DNA of 25,393 nt from Hyalangium minutum. GTDB lineage: Bacteria > Myxococcota > Myxococcia > Myxococcales > Myxococcaceae. The notes under the pieces were generated by a model, which saw nothing but the letters and a program-made list of their open reading frames with translations, was not told the DNA's origin and made no database searches. The DNA lies in contig NZ_JMCB01000003.1 in the NCBI RefSeq assembly GCF_000737315.1, forward strand, positions 1 through 25,393, written 5' to 3'. Shown here piece after piece: positions 9,316-19,131 of the stretch; within the stretch, counting starts at the first letter, position 1, and each line of letters opens with the position of its first letter. The position numbers were made by a program, and so were the translations under genes.

Positions 9316-9846
9316 ATGTCGACGACTCTCAACAACCTGAAGCGGCCGCATAACTCGTGGCACCGCAAGAAGCGCGTGGGCCGCGGGCAGGGTAGCGGTC
9401 TGGGCAAGACGGCAGGCCGTGGTGGCAAGGGCCAGAAGGCTCGTTCCGGCAACATGCGGTTCGAGGGCTTCGAGGGCGGTCAGAGCCCCCTGCAGCGCCG
9501 GCTGCCGAAGTTCGGCTTCATCTCGCCCAACCGCGTCATCTACGCGGTGGTGAACCTGGCGGACCTCGAGCACGCGTTCGAGGCGGGCGCCACGGTGGAC
9601 GAGGCCGCGCTGAAGGCCAAGGGCCTGGTCAAGGGCCGCTATGACGGCGTGAAGGTGCTCGGCCAGGGCGAGCTCTCCAAGAAGCTCACCCTCAAGGTGC
9701 ACAAGCTGTCCGGTAAGGCCCAGGAGGCCATCCAGAAGGCGGGCGGCGCAGTTGAGGTGCTCCCCCTGGTGGCGCACAAGCCTGAGTCTGCCTCGAAGGC
9801 TCACTCTGGCAAGGGCGTCAAGGCCCCCAAGCAGACGAACGCCTAG
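9316..9846 (+). CDS. rplO: 50S ribosomal protein L15 (C-terminally extended)
   Basis: 176 aa, [45 protein letters not shown]... The Lys/Ala-rich tail beyond about residue 150 is extra. Confidence 0.93.
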   Translation: MSTTLNNLKRPHNSWHRKKRVGRGQGSGLGKTAGRGGKGQKARSGNMRFEGFEGGQSPLQRRLPKFGFISPNRVIYAVVNLADLEHAFEAGATVDEAALKAKGLVKGRYDGVKVLGQGELSKKLTLKVHKLSGKAQEAIQKAGGAVEVLPLVAHKPESASKAHSGKGVKAPKQTNA

Positions 9847-9974
9847 CTGTGCTGGGCCGCGCTTCACTTTGGGTGGTGCGCGCCGGTTCGCTTGTGTAGG
9901 CTCACGCGCCCCTCTCCTTCGTGGATTGGGGCGCTGTCGTTCTATCAGGACCTTTCGAAGGGGATGGCTCCGTC

Positions 9975-11321
9975 GTGGCACTGAATGCCTTCGCCAACAT
10001 TTTCCGCATCGCGGAGCTGCGCAACCGGCTCGCGTACACGCTGGTGCTGCTGGCGGTCTACCGCCTGGGCATCTTCATCAACACGCCGGGCGTGGATCGC
10101 GCGGCGATGAACGCGTTCATGGACGCCCAGAAACAGTCGGGCGGCCTGGTGTCGCTGTTCAACCTGTTCTCCGGTGGCGCGCTGGAGCAGATGTCCATCT
10201 TCGGCCTGGGCATCATGCCGTACGTGTCCGCCTCCATCATCATGCAGCTGCTGGCGGTGGTCATCCCCAGCCTGGAGCGGCTGCAGAAGGAGGGCGCGGC
10301 GGGACGGCAGAAGATCAACCAGTACACTCGCTACGGCTCCATCGTCCTGTCCGTCATCCAGGGCATCGGTATCTCCCGCTGGCTGGCCTCGCTGGGCCGC
10401 AGCGACGCGGGGCAGACCGGCTTCAACCAGATCGTCGTGCCGGATGACAGCGTGTGGTTCACCTTCATGACGGTGATCAGCCTTACCGCTGGCACGGCCT
10501 TCATCATGTGGCTGGGCGAGCGCATCACCGAGCGCGGCATCGGCAACGGCATCTCGCTCATCATCTTCGCCGGCATCATCGCGGGCCTGGTGCCCGCCTC
10601 CAAGCAGCTGTTCGACCTGACGTCGCAGGGCGCCCTCGAGCCTGCGATGCTGGTGGCGCTGGGCGTCTTCATGCTCGTGGTCATCGCGGTCGTGGTCTAC
10701 GTGGAGCGAGGCATGCGGCGCATCCCGGTCCAGTACGCCAAGCGCATGGCGGGGCGGCGGATGTTCGCGGGCCAGGCCACTTACTTTCCGATGAAGGTGA
10801 ACAGCGCGGGCGTGATCCCGCCTATCTTCGCCGGCGCGCTGCTGTCCTTCCCGGCCACGCTGGGCACCTGGTTCCCCTTCCTGAACACGTTCCGCCAGGG
10901 CCTCGAGGGCAACCCGTGGCTCTATGACGGCCTGTTCGTCCTGCTCATCATCTTCTTCGCCTACTTCTACACCGCGCTGACGTTCCGGCCGGATGACGTG
11001 GCCGACAACATCAAGAAGCAGGGTGGCTACATCCCCGGCATCCGCCCGGGCCGCCAGACGGCAGACTTCATCGAGCGCGTGCTCAACCGCATTACCTTCG
11101 GCGGCGCCGTCTACCTGGCCATCATCTGCGTCATCCCCTCCATCATCACCAACACGCTGGGGGTGCGCTTCCAGTTCGGCGGCACCGCGCTGCTGATCGT
11201 CGTCGGCGTGGCGCTGGACACAGTGCAGCAGATCGAGGGCCACCTCATCAGCCGCAACTACGAGGGCTTCGCCGGTCCGCGCGGCCCGCGCATCCGTGGC
11301 CGGGTCCGGGTGGCGGCCTAG
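9975..11321 (+). CDS. secY: Preprotein translocase subunit SecY
   Basis: Multi-TM protein. (M)ALNAFANIFRIAELRNRLAYTLVLLAVYRLGIFINTPGVD matches the SecY N-terminal consensus, so the GTG at 9975 is preferred over the track's upstream GTG at 9921, which would add 18 aa. I could not reconcile my manual nucleotide count near the stop (off by 1 nt), so the track's end coordinate is kept. Confidence 0.92.
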   Translation: MALNAFANIFRIAELRNRLAYTLVLLAVYRLGIFINTPGVDRAAMNAFMDAQKQSGGLVSLFNLFSGGALEQMSIFGLGIMPYVSASIIMQLLAVVIPSLERLQKEGAAGRQKINQYTRYGSIVLSVIQGIGISRWLASLGRSDAGQTGFNQIVVPDDSVWFTFMTVISLTAGTAFIMWLGERITERGIGNGISLIIFAGIIAGLVPASKQLFDLTSQGALEPAMLVALGVFMLVVIAVVVYVERGMRRIPVQYAKRMAGRRMFAGQATYFPMKVNSAGVIPPIFAGALLSFPATLGTWFPFLNTFRQGLEGNPWLYDGLFVLLIIFFAYFYTALTFRPDDVADNIKKQGGYIPGIRPGRQTADFIERVLNRITFGGAVYLAIICVIPSIITNTLGVRFQFGGTALLIVVGVALDTVQQIEGHLISRNYEGFAGPRGPRIRGRVRVAA

Positions 11322-11340
11322 CCGGTGAGTTTGTTTCACG

Positions 11341-11374
11341 GACGCCTCTCTCCGGATGGCCGGGGAGGGGCGTC
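11341..11374 (+). other. 15-bp stem / 4-nt loop RNA hairpin (GACGCCUCUCUCCGG-AUGG-CCGGGGAGGGGCGUC, two G-U pairs) 20 nt after the secY stop
   Basis: Inverted repeat read from the sequence. It is followed by TCGTCGTTC and has no clean U-tract. Confidence 0.45.
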
Positions 11375-11473
11375 TCGTCGTTCAGGGATAGTCAGTCGTG
11401 CACGGGGAGCGAGTTCGAGGGTTGGCGCCGCGGGCTTCCCGTGCGTTCCTTCGAAGGAGCTGAAGAGGAGCAC

Positions 11474-12121
11474 ATGAACCTGATCCTGTTGGGCCCGCCG
11501 AACGCGGGAAAGGGTACCCAGGCGAAGAATCTGTTCCGGGACTTCCAGATCCCGCAGATCTCCACCGGGGACATCCTCCGCAAGGCCGTGAAGGATGGGA
11601 CGGAGATGGGCAAGATTGCCGGGCCGCTGATGGCCTCGGGCGCCTATGTCCCAGATGACATCGTCATTGGCATCGTCGAGGAGCGGCTCAAGCAGCCGGA
11701 CTGCGCCAACGGCTTCGTGCTGGATGGCTTCCCTCGCACCACTCCCCAGGCGGATGCCCTGGAGCGGATGCTGGCGAAGAACGGCAAGAAGATCGAGGCC
11801 GTGGTCTCGCTCGAGGTGCCGCACGAGAAGCTCATCGAGCGCGGCTCCGGCCGGCGCTCCTGCCCGGTGGATGGCAGCGTCTACCACGTCATCCAGAGCC
11901 CTCCGAAGCGGGCCGGGTTCTGCGACAAGTGCGGCGCGGGCCTTGTCCAGCGTGACGACGATCACCCCGAGGTGATCGAGAAGCGGCTCAAGAAGTACGA
12001 CGCCGAGACGTCGCCGCTGAAGGACTACTACGCCAAGAAGGGCTTGCTGAAGACCATCGACGGCGTGGGGCCCGCCGAGGGTATCTACGCGGAGATCAAG
12101 GCCGCCATCGGGAAGCCCTGA
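11474..12121 (+). CDS. adk: Adenylate kinase (Cys4 zinc-lid type)
   Basis: MNLILLGPPNAGKGTQA... P-loop. The lid carries CPVDGSVYH...CDKCG. The ATG at 11474 fits the family N-terminus. The track's 11441 start adds 11 aa. Confidence 0.93.
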   Translation: MNLILLGPPNAGKGTQAKNLFRDFQIPQISTGDILRKAVKDGTEMGKIAGPLMASGAYVPDDIVIGIVEERLKQPDCANGFVLDGFPRTTPQADALERMLAKNGKKIEAVVSLEVPHEKLIERGSGRRSCPVDGSVYHVIQSPPKRAGFCDKCGAGLVQRDDDHPEVIEKRLKKYDAETSPLKDYYAKKGLLKTIDGVGPAEGIYAEIKAAIGKP

Positions 12122-12135
12122 GCGTGTAGATCCCC

Positions 12136-12894
12136 ATGGCCCAAGTCGAGATCAAGAGCGCGGACGAGATCGCCCTCATGCGTGAGGCCGGCCGAATCGT
12201 CTGCGAGATCCTCGACGAGCTCGAGAAGGCCGTGGCCCCGGGGGTTACCACCTGGGACCTGGATGCCCTGGCCGAGAAGCTCATCTACGCCAAGGGAGCC
12301 AAGCCAGCGTTCAAGGGCTACCTCGGCTTCCCGAGCTGCCTGTGTGCGTCCATCAACGAGGAAGTCGTACACGGCATTCCCTCCAAGAAGCGGAAGCTGG
12401 CGGCGGGCGACCTGATGAAGCTGGACTTCGGGGTGGTGTACCGGGGGTTCTTCGGGGACTCGGCGCGCACCGTGCCGGTGGGGAAGGTGGGGCAGGAGGC
12501 CCTGGCGCTCGTTAATGTCACCCGGCAGTCCCTGCAGAAGGGGATTGCCGCGGCGGTACCGGGCAACCGGATCGGCGACATCAGCCACGCGATCCAGAGC
12601 TACGTCGAGGCGCATGGGTATTCCGTGGTGCGCAGCTTCACGGGGCATGGGATCGGCCGCAAGCTCCACGAGAAGCCAGAGGTGCCCAACTACGGTTCGC
12701 CGGGGTCGGGCATGAAGCTCCGTTCGGGAATGACCATCGCCATCGAGCCCATGGTCAACCTGGGAACCGATGAGGTAGGCCTCCTTGAGGACGACTGGAC
12801 GGCGGTGACGCTCGACTCCAAGCTTTCCGCCCACTTCGAACATACCGTGCTGATCACGGATCATGGCCCCGAGGTGCTCACCCGGAGGTCCTAA
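12136..12894 (+). CDS. map: Methionine aminopeptidase type I
   Basis: 252 aa, MAQVEIKSADEIALMREAGRIV..., with metal-binding His/Asp/Glu pattern and the GHGIG motif. Confidence 0.93.
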   Translation: MAQVEIKSADEIALMREAGRIVCEILDELEKAVAPGVTTWDLDALAEKLIYAKGAKPAFKGYLGFPSCLCASINEEVVHGIPSKKRKLAAGDLMKLDFGVVYRGFFGDSARTVPVGKVGQEALALVNVTRQSLQKGIAAAVPGNRIGDISHAIQSYVEAHGYSVVRSFTGHGIGRKLHEKPEVPNYGSPGSGMKLRSGMTIAIEPMVNLGTDEVGLLEDDWTAVTLDSKLSAHFEHTVLITDHGPEVLTRRS

Positions 12895-13052
12895 GAGGGC
12901 CTGCCCCGGCGAGAAATACGTTGTTATCATGAGGGGTTGGTAGAAGTTTGGAGCGGGCGCTTCTGGGTACTTGCCACTTCGGGACCAAAGTGCTATCCCG
13001 CCGCGCTTCCAAGAGTTACTGAGTTACTGGTGGTCCGGAAGAGGGTTTTCGA

Positions 13053-13271
13053 TTGCCGAAGGACGATTCGATCGAAGTTGAGGGGACCGTGATGGAGCCC
13101 CTGCCCAACGCGATGTTCCGCGTGGTGCTAGACAATGGCCACAAGGTGCTCGCGCACATCTCCGGCAAGATGCGGATGCATTTCATCCGTATTCTGCCGG
13201 GCGATAAGGTCAAGGTGGAGCTGTCCCCCTATGACCTGACCCGTGGACGGATCACCTACCGGGCGAAGTAA
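13053..13271 (+). CDS. infA: Translation initiation factor IF-1
   Basis: 72 aa, (M)[61 protein letters not shown].... TTG start with RBS GGAAGAGGG 7-8 nt upstream. Confidence 0.93.
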   Translation: MPKDDSIEVEGTVMEPLPNAMFRVVLDNGHKVLAHISGKMRMHFIRILPGDKVKVELSPYDLTRGRITYRAK

Positions 13272-13343
13272 TCGGGCCCGCCCGCTCTTCAGGCGGGCAG
13301 CCCTTGCAGACTTTTCTAATTCACGAAGGAAGGAAGTAGCGCC

Positions 13344-13460
13344 ATGAAGGTTCGGGCGTCCGTCAAGAAGATTTGCGACAAGTGCAAGGTGATCCGCCGC
13401 AAGGGGATCGTCCGCGTCATCTGCGCCTCCAACCCGCGGCACAAGCAGCGCCAGGGCTAA
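13344..13460 (+). CDS. rpmJ: 50S ribosomal protein L36 (zinc-ribbon type). Too short to appear in the ORF track.
   Basis: Manual translation gives [38 protein letters not shown] (38 aa), a C-x2-C-x12-C-x4-H zinc ribbon. RBS GGAAGGAAG is upstream. Confidence 0.87.
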   Translation: MKVRASVKKICDKCKVIRRKGIVRVICASNPRHKQRQG

Positions 13461-13509
13461 CGGGCAACCGTTGGCTCCAGACCAACTCCACTGAAGAAGG
13501 AATGTAACG

Positions 13510-13896
13510 ATGGCTCGTATCGCCGGTGTCGATCTCCCGCCTGCCAAGCGCGCGGTGATCTCGCTCCAGTACATCTACGGGATCGGTAACAAGACCGCCC
13601 ATGAGATCTGCGCTCACGCGGGGATCGCGCTCGAGACCCGGACCAAGGACCTGACCGATGATCAGGCCCGTAAGATCCGTGAGTACATTGAGGCCAACCT
13701 CAAGGTTGAGGGTGACCTGCGGCGCGAGGTGACGATGAACATCAAGCGTCTGATGGACCTGGGCTGCTACCGGGGCCTCCGTCACCGCAAGGGCCTGCCC
13801 GTCCGCGGCCAGCGCACCCACACCAACGCGCGCACCCGCAAGGGTCCGAAGCGCCGCATCGTTCGCGCCAAGCCGGCTGCTCCGGCGGGCCGCTAG
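13510..13896 (+). CDS. rpsM: 30S ribosomal protein S13
   Basis: 128 aa, [30 protein letters not shown]..., canonical S13. Confidence 0.95.
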   Translation: MARIAGVDLPPAKRAVISLQYIYGIGNKTAHEICAHAGIALETRTKDLTDDQARKIREYIEANLKVEGDLRREVTMNIKRLMDLGCYRGLRHRKGLPVRGQRTHTNARTRKGPKRRIVRAKPAAPAGR

Positions 13897-13970
13897 ACGT
13901 TCCTCCCCACTGCGCCAGCGCCGCCTAGGCTCTGGCGTCGATCATCTACTCCTCAGGAGCTCCGACTCTC

Positions 13971-14417
13971 ATGGCTGAAGAAGTCCAGACCCCTGCCGCC
14001 GCCACGACGACCCCCGAGGGTGGTGGCGAGACCGCTGCGGCCAAGAAGGCCAAGCGCAAGGGCAAGAAGAACATCCTCAACGGCGTGGTCCACATCCAGT
14101 CCACGTTCAACAACACCATCATCACGATCACGGACGTGTCCGGGAACGTGATCTCGTGGTCCTCGGCGGGCGCCCGTGGCTTCAAGGGCAGCCGCAAGTC
14201 GACCCCGTTCGCCGCGCAGGTTGCCGCCGGTGACGCCGCCGCCAAGGCCATGGAGCACGGCCTGAAGACGGTGACGGTGCTGGTGAAGGGCCCTGGCGCT
14301 GGCCGCGAGTCCGCGCTGCGCGCCCTGGCCGCCGCTGGCCTGAAGATCACCCTGATCCGCGACGTGACGCCCATCCCGCACAACGGCTGCCGTCAGCCGA
14401 AGCGCCGCCGCGTCTAA
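13971..14417 (+). CDS. rpsK: 30S ribosomal protein S11 (about 20-aa Ala/Thr/Lys-rich N-terminal extension)
   Basis: ...[30 protein letters not shown]..., S11 core. Confidence 0.93.
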   Translation: MAEEVQTPAAATTTPEGGGETAAAKKAKRKGKKNILNGVVHIQSTFNNTIITITDVSGNVISWSSAGARGFKGSRKSTPFAAQVAAGDAAAKAMEHGLKTVTVLVKGPGAGRESALRALAAAGLKITLIRDVTPIPHNGCRQPKRRRV

Positions 14418-14480
14418 TTCCCTCATCCGGGTCCTGCCTGAGAGGGCAGGGCCCTAGACCACCTCTGAAGGAGAAGTTCC

Positions 14481-15107
14481 TTGGCTCGTTACACCGCCAG
14501 CGCCTGCCGCATCTGCCGGCGCGAGAACCTGAAGATGTACCTTAAGGGCGATCGCTGCTACACGGACAAGTGTGCCATCGAGCGCCGCCCGTATCCCCCC
14601 GGCCAGCACGGCCAGGGCCGCGTGAAGTTCTCCGGCTACGGCGTGCAGCTGCGCGAGAAGCAGAAGGTCAAGCGCATGTACGGCCTGCTCGAGAGCCAGT
14701 TCCGCGGCTACTACCACCGCGCGTCCGCGGCCAAGGGCAAGACGGGTGAGAACCTCCTGCAGCAGCTGGAGCTCCGCCTGGACAACGTGGTGTTCCGCAT
14801 GGGCTTCGCGGACACGCGCAACGAGGCTCGCCAGCTGGTGCGTCACGGCCACTTCAAGGTGAACGGCAAGCGGGTGAACATCCCCTCGTTCGCGGTGAAG
14901 CCGGGCAGCGCCGTCGAGGTGGCCGAGAAGAGCCGCAAGGTTCTGCGCATCTCCGAGGCTCTGGAGACTGTGGACCGCCGCGGCGTGCCGCAGTGGATCG
15001 ACCTGGACAAGAAGGCCTTCAAGGGGACCGTGAAGACGGTGCCGAACCGCGAGGACCTGACCATGCCGATCCAGGAGCAGCTCATCGTGGAGCTCTACTC
15101 CAAGTAG
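14481..15107 (+). CDS. rpsD: 30S ribosomal protein S4 (zinc-finger type, Cys4 near N-terminus)
   Basis: 208 aa, (M)[30 protein letters not shown].... TTG start with RBS GAAGGAG 7 nt upstream. Confidence 0.95.
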   Translation: MARYTASACRICRRENLKMYLKGDRCYTDKCAIERRPYPPGQHGQGRVKFSGYGVQLREKQKVKRMYGLLESQFRGYYHRASAAKGKTGENLLQQLELRLDNVVFRMGFADTRNEARQLVRHGHFKVNGKRVNIPSFAVKPGSAVEVAEKSRKVLRISEALETVDRRGVPQWIDLDKKAFKGTVKTVPNREDLTMPIQEQLIVELYSK

Positions 15108-15293
15108 GCCTGAGGCCCCTCAAGGGCCTGATTGCCTGCTTCAGGCGCCCTGGCGGCCTCCGCCGGGGCGTCGTGCTTCTTTCTGGCCGGTTCGTCCGGC
15201 CTCGGTTAATCGTCGTACCCCCCGCGTCTCCATCCTCCTGCCGTTCTGGCGGGTAAGTCGGTGGTGGAGTGCGCTTCGAGAGGTAGCAACACC

Positions 15294-16340
<1,047 letters not shown>

Positions 16341-16360
16341 TTGTTTCCGTAGGACCTCGG

Positions 16361-16393
16361 CCCGCGCCGTGACACGGCTTCACGCGGCGCGGG
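16361..16393 (+). other. 12-bp GC stem hairpin (CCCGCGCCGTGA-N7-TCACGCGGCGCGGG, 2-nt bulge) 20 nt after the rpoA stop. A second short G/C hairpin and an AT-rich CATAAAAG patch follow.
   Basis: Inverted repeat read from the sequence. No U-tract. Confidence 0.4.
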
Positions 16394-16523
16394 AAGAGGG
16401 GGCCCCTCCCCATAAAAGTGGGGGCCTATTGGCAATAGCGGACCTCGGTGTCGAGTCCGCTCTTCCCACCCGGTACCTGATACGGCCGGTGTGGTGGAGC
16501 CGAGAGGCTCCGGAGTCACGCTC

Positions 16524-16949
16524 ATGCGTCACAAGGTTGGACAGAGGAAGCTTCACCGCACCACGCCGCACCGGCTCGCGATGCTCAACAACATGGTCAC
16601 CTCGCTGCTCGAGCACGAGGCGATCCGCACCACCGTCCCCAAGGCCAAGGAGGCCCGGAAGATGGCGGAGCGGATCATCACGCTCGGCAAGCGCGGCGGG
16701 CTGGCCAATGTTCGTCTGGCTGCCCGAATCGTGAAGGACAAGGACGTCCTCCAGAAGGTCTTCAGCACCTACAAGGACCGCTACGCCAGCCGTAAGGGCG
16801 GCTACACCCGCATCATCAAGCTCGGCTTCCGCCGGGGTGACGCTGCGGAGATGGCCCTCCTGGAGTTGGTGGACCGTCCCGCCAAGGCTGCCCCCGCCGA
16901 GGGTGGTGAGGCCGAGGGTGAGGCGAAGACCGAGGAGAGCAAGGGCTAA
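16524..16949 (+). CDS. rplQ: 50S ribosomal protein L17 (with about 25-aa acidic Ala/Glu-rich C-terminal tail)
   Basis: [37 protein letters not shown]... is the L17 N-terminus. The ATG at 16524 is preferred over the track's 16491. Confidence 0.93.
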   Translation: MRHKVGQRKLHRTTPHRLAMLNNMVTSLLEHEAIRTTVPKAKEARKMAERIITLGKRGGLANVRLAARIVKDKDVLQKVFSTYKDRYASRKGGYTRIIKLGFRRGDAAEMALLELVDRPAKAAPAEGGEAEGEAKTEESKG

Positions 16950-16985
16950 TCGCCCGGCTCTCACGCCGACGCCGTCACGGAGCGT

Positions 16986-17019
16986 CCTTCCCGCGAGGGA
17001 AGGGCGCTTTCGTGTTTCT
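16986..17019 (+). terminator. Rho-independent terminator closing the alpha operon: CCTTCCC-GCGA-GGGAAGG, then GCGCTTTCGTGTTTCTG
   Basis: 7-bp stem with a GNRA tetraloop and a T-rich tail, 37 nt after the rplQ stop. It lies between convergent genes. Confidence 0.6.
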
Positions 17020-17032
17020 GGGGGCTGGGCTG

Positions 17033-17701
17033 CTACTCGCCGACGGCCTGGCCGTTCTTCACCAGCTCCGCCTTGCCGTCGTTCGTCTTCATCTCCGCGC
17101 TGACGAAGCGCTCGTCGCCGGGCATGGGCCCCGTGGGGCCCAGCAGGTTCTTGGGCGTGAGCGTGACGTCGCCCCCGGGAGCCACTTTGTCCACGATGGC
17201 CTTGTACTTGCCGTTCACCGTGAAGATGACGTTCTCCCACGGATCGTCATCCGTGTTGCTCACCAGCAGCGCTGGCGACGCCTTGGGGCGATCCGCGTTC
17301 GGCAGCACGATGACTCGCGCACCCAGGTCCGCCGTCTTCACGCCTTGGCCCGGGCAGGCGATCACGATGCTCACCAGCGAGATGAAGGCCCAGCCTCCGA
17401 TGATCCCCGCTTTCGCCTTGAAGAAGCGATCCGAGGACCGGAAGTCCTGGAACATCTCCTTCAGCATCGACAGGCCGTTGAGGAACTGGTTGGACGCCTC
17501 CGAGGCGATCCGCTGGCCTACCTGACCTTCGGCCTTCTTCCCCGCCGGGCCGGCGCGCGCCGCGCTGAGCGCGCGCATGTTCGGGTTGGTCGGCACACGC
17601 GGCATTCCGGGACTGGAGACCGTGCGCTGAGGAGTCGCCGCCGAGTCCGAGGACCCCGCCGGCGGAGCATTGTGATCAGGCACCTTGCGACCGTCGCTCA
17701 T
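17033..17701 (-). CDS. Hypothetical bitopic membrane protein. About 100-aa Pro/Ser/Ala-rich cytoplasmic N-terminus, one TM helix (IIGGWAFISLVSIVIAC), about 100-aa C-terminal extracytoplasmic domain.
   Basis: 222-aa ORF. It is the last gene of a minus-strand run and starts 36 nt after the TPR gene stop. I recognise no family. Confidence 0.55.
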   Translation of the reverse strand: MSDGRKVPDHNAPPAGSSDSAATPQRTVSSPGMPRVPTNPNMRALSAARAGPAGKKAEGQVGQRIASEASNQFLNGLSMLKEMFQDFRSSDRFFKAKAGIIGGWAFISLVSIVIACPGQGVKTADLGARVIVLPNADRPKASPALLVSNTDDDPWENVIFTVNGKYKAIVDKVAPGGDVTLTPKNLLGPTGPMPGDERFVSAEMKTNDGKAELVKNGQAVGE

Positions 17702-17737
17702 CGGACAGCCAGTGTAGAGGCGCCGGGCGCCCGGTGG

Positions 17738-19129
17738 CTACTCCTGAGCTTTCACCTGCTGCAGGGCCCTCGAGGCCAGCGCGTTGTCTGGCTGCTCCTC
17801 CAGGACCTTCAGGAGCCACTTCTCCGCCTCCGCGCCCGCTGCCTTGCGATCCTCGGGCTTGCGCGTCCGCGTCGATTGCTCGGCGAAGAGCAGCCCCAGC
17901 CGCAGCGCAAACTCCATGTTCTCCGGGTCTTTTTCGACCACATACCGCAGCTCGCGCTCGGCCGCCGGGAAGTCGCCCTCCAGCTGGTACACCACCGCCA
18001 GCTGGCCCCGCGCGGGCACTGCGTTCGGAGACAGCCACGTGAGGATCTGGAACGCCTCCCGTGCCGCCTTCAGGTCCCGCTTGTCCAGGCTCAGGTTTCC
18101 CAGCCGGAACCAGGCCTCGTCCAGCAGCGGGTTGAAGGCCACCGCCTTGCTGAAGGCCTCCCGCGCCGCCTCCGCCCGCTGCCGCGAGAGGTACAGCTCC
18201 CCTAGGTAGAAGTAGTTCTTGCCGTCCTTGGGCGAGAGCTCGATGGCCTGCTTGAACTCGTCCACTGCCCGCCCCGCGTCGTCCAGCCGCTGGTACGCCA
18301 GCCCCAGCAGCGCGTGCACCACCGCCAGGTCCGGGTAGTCGTGGAGGATCTCCTCGAAGGCCAGGATGGCCTGCTGCGGTACGTCCAGCTCCTGCAGGAA
18401 GCGCATGCCCTCCTCGAGCTTGCCCTCGGCCGCCTTGGGGAAGCTGTTGAACGGGTCCGCGATCTGGTTCATCAGCGCTCGCGCCGTCGTTACCTCCGGA
18501 GGCGTGGGCGCCGCCCGGACCACCGCGTTGAGCGCCGCCACGGCCCCCGCGCTGTCTCCCGTGCGGTGCAGCGCCTTGGCCAGCGGGAGCCGGACGGCGG
18601 CACGAGCCGGGGCCAGCTCGGCGGCGCGGCGCAGCGGGCCCAGCGCGGCGCTGTACTGCTCGGACTCCAGCAGGGCGATGCCCAGGCGGTAGTGGAACTC
18701 GGCCTCGTTGGGGGCCAGGGCGATGGCGCGCTCGAAGGCGGCCACTGCCGGGGCTCCGGCGTCCGAGGCCCGCGAGAAGTACGCCAGCCCGAGCATGTAG
18801 TGGTTCACTGCCCGCTCGGACTGGGTGTTGCGGCGCTGGAGCTCGGCGATCCACGCGTCCGTCCGCCCCGACTTCACCTGCGCTTCCGTGAGGGTGCGCG
18901 CCACGTCGAGATCGCCCGGGCTCTTGGCGTGCAGTTCCTCCAGGAGCGCCAGGGCCTTGGCCGGCTGGTTCTGCTCCATGTAGACGCGGGCCTGCTCGCG
19001 CGGGGTGAGCACCCGCTCCATCGAGGCGCTGTGCTGGCAGCCGGTGAGCAAGGTGCCGCTGAGCACTGCGGCCAGGGTGGTGCAGCGGAGGAGAGAGGCG
19101 CGGCGGAGAGCGAGGGGCTTCACGGTCAA
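17738..19129 (-). CDS. TPR-repeat lipoprotein
   Basis: 463 aa. N-terminal signal peptide with lipobox LLTGC. The remainder is tandem TPR-like helical repeats (e.g. YMLGLAYFSRASDAG..., HALLGLAYQRLDDAGRAVDEFKQAIELSP..., AWFRLGNLSLDKRDLKAAREAFQ...). Confidence 0.8.
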   Translation of the reverse strand: MTVKPLALRRASLLRCTTLAAVLSGTLLTGCQHSASMERVLTPREQARVYMEQNQPAKALALLEELHAKSPGDLDVARTLTEAQVKSGRTDAWIAELQRRNTQSERAVNHYMLGLAYFSRASDAGAPAVAAFERAIALAPNEAEFHYRLGIALLESEQYSAALGPLRRAAELAPARAAVRLPLAKALHRTGDSAGAVAALNAVVRAAPTPPEVTTARALMNQIADPFNSFPKAAEGKLEEGMRFLQELDVPQQAILAFEEILHDYPDLAVVHALLGLAYQRLDDAGRAVDEFKQAIELSPKDGKNYFYLGELYLSRQRAEAAREAFSKAVAFNPLLDEAWFRLGNLSLDKRDLKAAREAFQILTWLSPNAVPARGQLAVVYQLEGDFPAAERELRYVVEKDPENMEFALRLGLLFAEQSTRTRKPEDRKAAGAEAEKWLLKVLEEQPDNALASRALQQVKAQE

Positions 19130-19131
19130 GA

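Noticed and set aside
9921-9974. Upstream GTG start giving SecY an extra 18 residues (MDWGAVVLSGPFEGDGSV)
   Set aside because: The SecY N-terminal consensus aligns with the downstream GTG at 9975, which has the purine-rich GAAGGGGA upstream and no better RBS. The extension has no counterpart in other SecY proteins.
14993-15256. 87-aa plus-strand ORF spanning the end of rpsD and the rpsD-rpoA spacer, and 121-aa ORF at 16369..16734 spanning the rpoA-rplQ spacer into rplQ
   Set aside because: They overlap bona fide genes out of frame and are R/G/P-rich. The spacers are better explained as structured non-coding RNA regions.
17012-18205. Plus-strand ORFs of 397 aa (17012..18205), 445 aa (18314..19651) and 337 aa (19177..20190), and minus-strand 392 aa (17676..18854)
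   Set aside because: They overlap the plsC / TPR-lipoprotein / membrane-protein genes, which have clear motifs (HX4D, lipobox, TPR). They are R/G/P-rich off-frame or antisense translations.
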